Assembly: GCF_009914755.1 (NCBI RefSeq)
Contig: NC_060930.1
DNA from: the human T2T-CHM13v2.0 reference genome, Homo sapiens
Reading direction: 5' to 3' (one strand)
Length of the DNA: 64,000 nucleotides
How positions within the stretch are numbered: position 1 is the first letter of the stretch; every line of letters starts with the position of its first letter. Under the pieces are notes generated by a model. It saw only the letters and a list, made by a program, of their open reading frames with translations. It had not been told where the DNA came from and did not search any database. Shown here one piece after another: positions 1 through 64,000 of this stretch. A program made the position numbers and the translations under genes.

Positions 1-252
1 TTAGGTGGGGAGGTACGGCCCCCACCTCATGTCAGGAACTGGTGGGTATCCCAACACGGCTAGGGTCGCGCGTGCAAAGTCCAAGCATGTGCTTGGAGGG
101 TGCTGTGAAGGCATGGGCCGAGGCACGGTGTATGTGCATAAGGCATGTGAAGGTAGGATGGTACTGGAAGGAGTGTGGAGGAACAGGAGGTGCCAGGGGA
201 GTGTATGGAAGGGTGCAGTGCCCGGGACCCCCTTGCGAGGGGGCGCACTCAC

Positions 253-524
253 AAGAGGGACTGGATGGAGCGGTTGGTCCGCAGAGCCTCAGCCAGCTGC
301 TTGATGCGGCTGGGGCTGGACACGACGCCCAGGTTAAGGTTGAGCTGCGCCAGGGACGTGGCCCCGGCCAGGGCCCGGCAGATGCGGCCAAAGTCGCGGT
401 CGCAGAGGCGGCAGCCGCGCAGTGAGAGCAGGCGCACGGCGTTGTCGCGAAGGCCGCGGCAGATGTCCCGCACCTCGGCGCCGGACAGCGGCTCCCCCGA
501 AATCTGGATGGAGCTGGGCAGCAT
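253..524 (-). CDS. LRRC73: LRRC73 first coding exon (leucine-rich repeat protein); gene continues off the left edge
   Basis: ATG at 524 reads MLPSSIQISGEPLSGAEVRDICRGLRDNAVRLLSLRGCRLCDRDFGRICRALAGATSLAQLNLNLGVV..., an RI-like LRR pattern. GTGAGT donor at 252-247. Position next to YIPF3 matches the recalled locus. Confidence 0.9.
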
Positions 525-1101
525 CGTGCCCACGGCTGGGCCTCCGGGTACGGGGCCGGAACGGAGGTTGGTGGGGCCGCGGGCGGGGCCGGGGATAGGG
601 CCGGGGTCGGGGCCCCGGCAGGGGTCGCGGGCGGAGTGGGGCCGGGGGTGGAGGCGGCGGCTGTGGCGGAGGCTGCGGCTGCGGCGGAGGCTGCGGCGGG
701 GGCGGAGAAGAGCTACCGGGACTGAGCCGGAGCCGGCCAGAGGTGCGGAGGCGTCCAGGGCGCGGGCCGGGCTGAAGTGGGGCGGCGCTGGGGCGGGGGC
801 GGCCCGCACGGTCCGTGTCTGGGCGTTGGGGCGGGTGCGCGTTCCGGGGGTTGGGCAGGCGCTGCTCGGCGCTTGTCCTTGTCCCTCGCGGTCGCGGCGG
901 CGGCGGCGGCAGCGGCAGCGAGCGGCTCAAGGGCTTCGGCTTACCGGTCTCGGCTAGGAGGCCGTACCCGCTCCCTCCTTCTCTGCCGCCCGGCTCCCCC
1001 CGACCACCCCGCGGGCCTGGCCGCACGGCTGGCAGAGAGAGCCTGAGGCGGGCGGCTGGCGGCAGCTCCGGCTCCAGCTCCAGAGAGCGAGCGGGCGGCG
1101 A

Positions 1102-1115
1102 GTTCCCATGGCAAC
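1102..1115. promoter_or_regulatory. RFX X-box GTTCCCATGGCAAC
   Basis: Matches the near-palindromic RFX consensus GTTNCCATGGNAAC, upstream of LRRC73. Confidence 0.7.
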
Positions 1116-1544
1116 GGCCGCGTCACCGGCGCTCGCCCCGCCCCCTGCCCGGCCAAGGCCACGCCGGCCCGCGAGGTTCGCGTACACTGGGTGGTTCGGG
1201 GCAAGGAGCTGGGAGCGATAGGCCGCTCTTCCCTTGGGAGTGGGGTCAGCCAACTGGCAGGCGGCAGGCGGCAGGGCTGAGTGGGTAGGGCTGACGGGGA
1301 GCGGAATGGAGGCACGCCCCGTGGAGATGGCGTTGGGCACGGTTACTGCTGCTTCTGCCCATTCTTCCATCCTTCCCCGTTCCTAAGGTCCATACCCCCG
1401 CCGGAATCCAGGGCACTGTTCCCTCCTATTTGGAAGGCCCCAGGGCCCTTTCATCCGCGCCGCGCCTCGCTCCCGCCCCCGTGACTCGAGGCGCAGCGTG
1501 CGTGGTGATCCCGGCCCATGGGGACTTCCCCGCTTGCTCCTCGC

Positions 1545-1556
1545 CAAGATGGCGGC
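1545..1556 (+). promoter_or_regulatory. YY1 motif CAAGATGGCGGC
   Basis: Exact match to the long YY1 consensus at the edge of the CpG island. Confidence 0.55.
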
Positions 1557-2590
1557 CTCATCAGGGAGGCCCCAGGGGCCACGGCTGGGCAGAGCCAGCT
1601 TGAGCTGCTGGGGAGAAGGGTACCCCATAGGGTCCCTAGGGCAGGGGAGCCTCAGATAGATGCAAGGTCCTGGTGCCACACCTTCTCAGGTACGCAGGGC
1701 ACTGTTGACATCTGAGGGTGTGTCCGTGCCGCGAGACTGGGGCAGCCAATACAAAGAAGGTGCCAGGGCCAGGGCCCTGGAGCACTGGTGAGGACGTGAA
1801 GGCGGCTGAGCCACACTGCACGGTGCAGGCGGTGCTGTCTCAACTTTGTCCTCTGGCCAGGGTGGTGGGGGACTCACTTGTGTAACGCAGGACAAATGAA
1901 GGGCACCTCTGTTTGTCCCTTTGTTAGGAGGGATAGATGCTGCTGACCCAGATTTACTAGTGTTAAGATGATTATTTTACATAAAATATAATATTCAATA
2001 TAGTGAAGGGAGGTCAAAGGCCCTATTCCCACTCTTAGCCACCTGAATTAACTTATTAAGTGGAGCATATTAAAGAGGTGGTGGGGGTGGATGGTGCTAT
2101 GTTAGGAGTGGTGGTTGGTTTTAAGAGGAAAGACAGAAAAACTAAAAGGAGCTGGCCCCAGTACCACCAAGGCAAAGCCAAATTTGGCTTCAATTAAGAG
2201 CTCCACAGGAAAATTATCAACACAATGCCCAGGTGCAGAAGATCCTTGTTTTGACACGGGGTTTAAGTCGGGATGTTTTGTTCAATTGTCACTGCTTCCT
2301 TGGCTTCCCAAGAGAGCAGCTGAGCCCAGACTCAAGCTGGCTGCAGTGTTCCATCAGGCTTATGGCTTTTGTGCTTGAGGCCTCCCTGCCGCTTCATGGG
2401 TCAGGTGTGATATTCAATCACTGCCTTCTATGTAGTCTGGCCTGTCCCACCTTTATCTTGCCTGGGTGAGGATATGAAGAAGGGAACATATGACATTACC
2501 ACTGTTGACTGAGTAGGAAAGTATATAGGAAGCGGGATGACAGGGAGGACCACTGGATCAGCCGCTGCAGTTCCAGACTTCAATCAACAT

Positions 2591-2596
2591 TTTAAT
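2591..2596 (-). terminator. YIPF3: YIPF3 poly(A) signal ATTAAA
   Basis: tttaat on + strand, ~310 nt past the YIPF3 stop. Confidence 0.6.
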
Positions 2597-2905
2597 TACC
2601 AAGTCTATATTTAGCAAGACAATGTGGGAGAGATAAAGAGGAAGGAAGGGGTAGGTGGGGAGGGGTTCTCAAAGGAGCTGACCCATTTTCTGCATTGGCT
2701 GCAGAGCCTTGCAGTCCTGGCCAGGAGTTCTTGGCCTTGTGCCTTTCAGAAGTGCCGACAGGCATCAAGGAGGTACTTACGCAGCTACAGCTCAGTGGCA
2801 GCTGCAAACCCCATCTACGAAACATGTCATCAGGACTGTCCTTTAATAGTCTTCCTCCTCTCTGCAGCTGCGGGAAAGAGGACTGGCCAAGAATTTCAGG
2901 TGGGG

Positions 2906-12039
<9,134 letters not shown>

Positions 12040-12228
12040 GCTTGGATGCTTCTGAGGCAAGCTGAAGCTTTGGGTTCTGACTGACCCACCCTACAGGACT
12101 GCTGAACAGAGAGCCCAGTGTGACTAGGGATCCTGAGTTTTCTGGGACAATTCCAGCTTTAATCAATACATTTTGTTAAATGTGCCATAAAATGAGACTT
12201 TTTACGCCTTTATAAGGCCTTAGATGTA

Positions 12229-12234
12229 AATAAA
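12229..12234 (+). terminator. POLR1C: POLR1C poly(A) signal AATAAA (weaker AATACA at 12165-12170)
   Basis: Canonical hexamer ~190 nt after the stop. Confidence 0.65.
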
Positions 12235-12273
12235 CTCACCCAAACAAAAAAACTTTTTGAGACTACTTTTGAG

Positions 12274-12563
12274 TTTGTTTTTTGAGACAGTCTCACTGTG
12301 TTGCCCAGGCTGGAGTGCAGTGGTGCAATCTCAGCTCACTGCAGCTTCCTCCTGGGTTCAAGCAATTCTCAGGAGGCTGAGGCAAGAGTAGCTGATGCTA
12401 CAGGCATGCACCACCACACCTAGCTATATGTCTAATTTTTTGTATTTTTAGTAGAGACAGGGTTTCACCATGTTGGTCAGGCTGGTGTCAAACTCCTGAC
12501 CTCAAGTGATACGCCTGCCTTGGGGCCTCCCAAAGTGTTGGGATTACAGGTGTGAGCCACCGC
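12274..12563 (-). mobile_element. Alu between the POLR1C and XPO5 3' ends
   Basis: Antisense Alu consensus. Confidence 0.85.
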
Positions 12564-13093
12564 GAAAAACAGGGGGCCTCACTTCAGAACTGGTTTAGCA
12601 TTTACCAATTAAGAACATCAGATGTGCACTCCAGCCCGGGTAACAGTGAGACCCTGTTTCAAAAACAACAGAAAGAACACCTCCTGAGAATTGGCAAATT
12701 AAGGTGGTTTCTGGGAGCACAGCCAAACCCTAGAAAAACATTCAAGCTAGAGTGAATGTGCCACTTCACCTATCTCCTGGTTTACCAGGGAAGTTCATGT
12801 TGCTATTGACAGCTCCAACAAAGAACAGTAGCAATTCCTGTGGGCCAGGCCCAGCAGCCACACACGAAAGACACTGTGAGAATGGTATGGGCTGCCTAGT
12901 CTGGGTATGTCAGGAATAGAAATCCTTTTCTAACTGGCACACCATTTCAGAAAGCTTGAAAGACCAGAATCATCAGTCACATTTCTTCCTGTTTTAGTCC
13001 CGGGTGCTCATGAAGTAACCCTGGAGTATGTCACTGGTTTTAAGACTAGGTTGAAAAAGGCAGATGGGTCCCTTTCTGTACGAAACTGAGATT

Positions 13094-13099
13094 TTTACT
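13094..13099 (-). terminator. XPO5: Probable XPO5 poly(A) signal AGTAAA (3'UTR ~1.5 kb)
   Basis: tttact on + strand at the distal end of an AT-rich, repeat-free 3'UTR; non-canonical hexamer. Confidence 0.45.
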
Positions 13100-14606
13100 G
13101 ACATGCAGATGTGCTTTAGAGTTAATGTTTCTACAAAAAGTTTCTATAAACAATAGAAAATTTCTAGCATGAAGTCACAGGATGTTAAAAATATTACAAT
13201 GCAATAAATACAACTACATCCTCCACAGCCCCAACCAGACAGGAATAGGCAGCTATCAGGTTTGGAGGGAAACACTCTTGAGATCGCCTTCACGATCCAC
13301 AGAAACCCAGAGCACCACACAGGAAGAGGGAGCAACACAAGACTCCCAACTTCTGCTTCCCCAGCTTTGCTTCTTCTCAATCTGACCCTGCCTGTGGCCC
13401 GCACCAGCTAAAAACTGTAGCTTCAGTCCACTTCGGCTCTCGGGGAAACCCTCTTGTCAGTGGACTGGATGGACAACAGGTCTGTTTTTGTGCAGAGCAC
13501 ATGGACACACTGGTTTCTGTATGGATTAACTCTGCCTTACGGCCAGTAATAACCTCAGGGCCAGGTCCCGTATCCATGTCCTCTCTTTACAGGGCCTTTC
13601 AGTGACCTCTAGAATGGACTCACAGTACAGGTTGTGATGTGAAGGCATGTATTCTTTTGGAAATGGCCTTTGAGAAAAGTAACCAGGGACCTGAAAGACC
13701 ATGAGATTGTGGAAGGCACCTGGACTTAGTCCTAGGAGAAGACCAGCGGCTTTGCTAGCTGCTCATCACAGATGTAGCCTAGTTGGTCTGTATTATCCTT
13801 GGATGACAACGGTGTCATGTGACACTATCTAGGGTACTGTGGCTCTTGTGCCTGAGTGGACCTTGAGGCTGGGGAGGCCAGACTGAGGGGTCATTCATGG
13901 AAGGGCAAGATGTGTGAACTCTAAAGGGGATGTTAGCACTAAAGACTTCCCAGCCCTGGTCCTTGGAGGTACTATACTTGATACTGTGCCAAGTTTAGCA
14001 GTAGCCTGTACCATGGATCCCATCAGGTGACCAGATTCTTGCCCAAAGCAAAGTTGAGAGAACTGACCAAGTTCTCTTCAGCACTTAGCACCTAACCCAG
14101 ACATGCCCCTTAGGGAGTGGGGAAAGTTTCCTGCCAGCCCAGCAGCAAAAGGGCTCAGTGGGAGTTGGAGTGGTCCAAGAGAAACTCTGGCACAAGTAGT
14201 TGAGGGCTGTGCTCTTGCTGCGAGCCTTGCTAGTCGCAGGGTTGGGCACAGCACCCTTAGTTACCATTCTGTACAGGTATGTGGCTGCACGGGGGTGGGA
14301 GGGCTTGTGGGAGAAGGGCTGCTCTGCTCTAGCTTTTCTTGGAAAAGCCAAATCTCCAAGTAGAATGGGAACTATCTGGGACATCTAGACAGAATAGTTT
14401 AAGCCCTAACTCCCTTTCTTGATACTTTAGTATAATTACTTCTGGTCCTGCACAGGGCCTGTTCTCTCCAGCTCCAGACCTGGATCTCTTTCCAGGCTGA
14501 CAGTGGTGGAAAGTGAGGTGGCAGTGCAAGAAGGGCCTAGAGATCGGCTACAAAGGGAAAGAAGAGATGACAAGAAAGGCCGAGGAAGGATGCCCAAAAG
14601 CTTGAT

Positions 14607-63311
<48,705 letters not shown>

Positions 63312-64000
63312 CTGACCACCAAAATGCATAAAGTCAATAGAACCACTTTAGAAGTCTTGTCTTTACAAGAGAATAGCATGGATTTCTACATTTGATTACA
63401 CTGGAGATTTCATTAAGAAATTATACTTTTGATTTTGTACCTGTCAATGAATGGGCAAAAATGATCTACATTTAACCAAAATACTAACACAAAAATTCTT
63501 GGGAAAAGGTTTTATATATGCAGTGGTCCATTAACTGGAATCCGCACAAGATTTGTACCACACGTCAGCTTTGCCTCATGATTTTATTGATGGGCCAAAA
63601 GTGAATATACATCTAGGTCAACTGCAACAATGTACTTGCTTTTCAGAAAATGCAGTTTTGACATCAGTCATTTTCTGTGCTGGCTTACAAAACAATTCTG
63701 GAAAAACTATGGCTAAGTCTTAAAGGCTACCTCTTCTGATAGGTGTTGAGGGTAGGACAATCAAGTTAGGATGGGTTTTCAGTTATTCTCATACAATCCT
63801 GCTTTGGATGTACCACCCAGAGAAGGCACACAAACTCAGAAAGACAGAGAGAAAAAAGAAAGCCACAGTGCCTAATCAGAGATTCATTGACCTATACATT
63901 GCATTACTCTAAAAAGGCTTCGAGGGCTAATGACATATAGTCAGAGCTCAGTAAGTATTGGCTAAATGGCAGGTAATATTTGTTGAATGGGTAATATGTA

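Larger units (their letters stand above)
240..1560. promoter_or_regulatory. CpG island over LRRC73 exon 1, 5'UTR and promoter
   Basis: Very high GC and CpG density, GC boxes, and short GCG repeats at 650-705 and 894-920. Confidence 0.85.

Noticed and set aside
175-1288. Long + strand ORFs (260 aa, 157 aa) over the LRRC73 island
   Set aside because: Antisense, low-complexity and GC-rich with few stops; no recognisable domain.
1872-1877. GTGAGT donor on the minus strand between YIPF3 and LRRC73
   Set aside because: No convincing upstream acceptor; isolated motif.

Overview
Mammalian, evidently human, genomic DNA. It is Alu-dense, and the gene order matches the 6p21.1 LRRC73-YIPF3-POLR1C-XPO5 cluster as I recall it. 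Exons were traced by hand from splice sites and reading frame. The window holds: the first coding exon and CpG-island promoter of LRRC73 (-); complete YIPF3 (-, 9 exons, 350 aa); complete POLR1C (+, 9 exons, 346 aa), sharing a ~300 bp bidirectional promoter with YIPF3; and exons 3-32 of XPO5/exportin-5 (-), convergent with POLR1C. Features the ORF track does not show: an AT-AC minor-spliceosome intron in XPO5; an Alu-derived alternative last exon of POLR1C lying antisense inside that intron, behind an AG|GTAAG recursive-type site; and a 12.5 kb XPO5 intron carrying a full-length RPS2 processed pseudogene, a U7 snRNA retrocopy, a SCARNA15/ACA45 (miR-1839 precursor) copy and a locally duplicated Alu array. 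XPO5 also has a 27-nt microexon and a CFTR-like (TG)nT4 acceptor. Most short ORFs in the track are Alu or antisense artefacts. I found no wholly new gene system; the best leads are these overlapping RNA-processing features.
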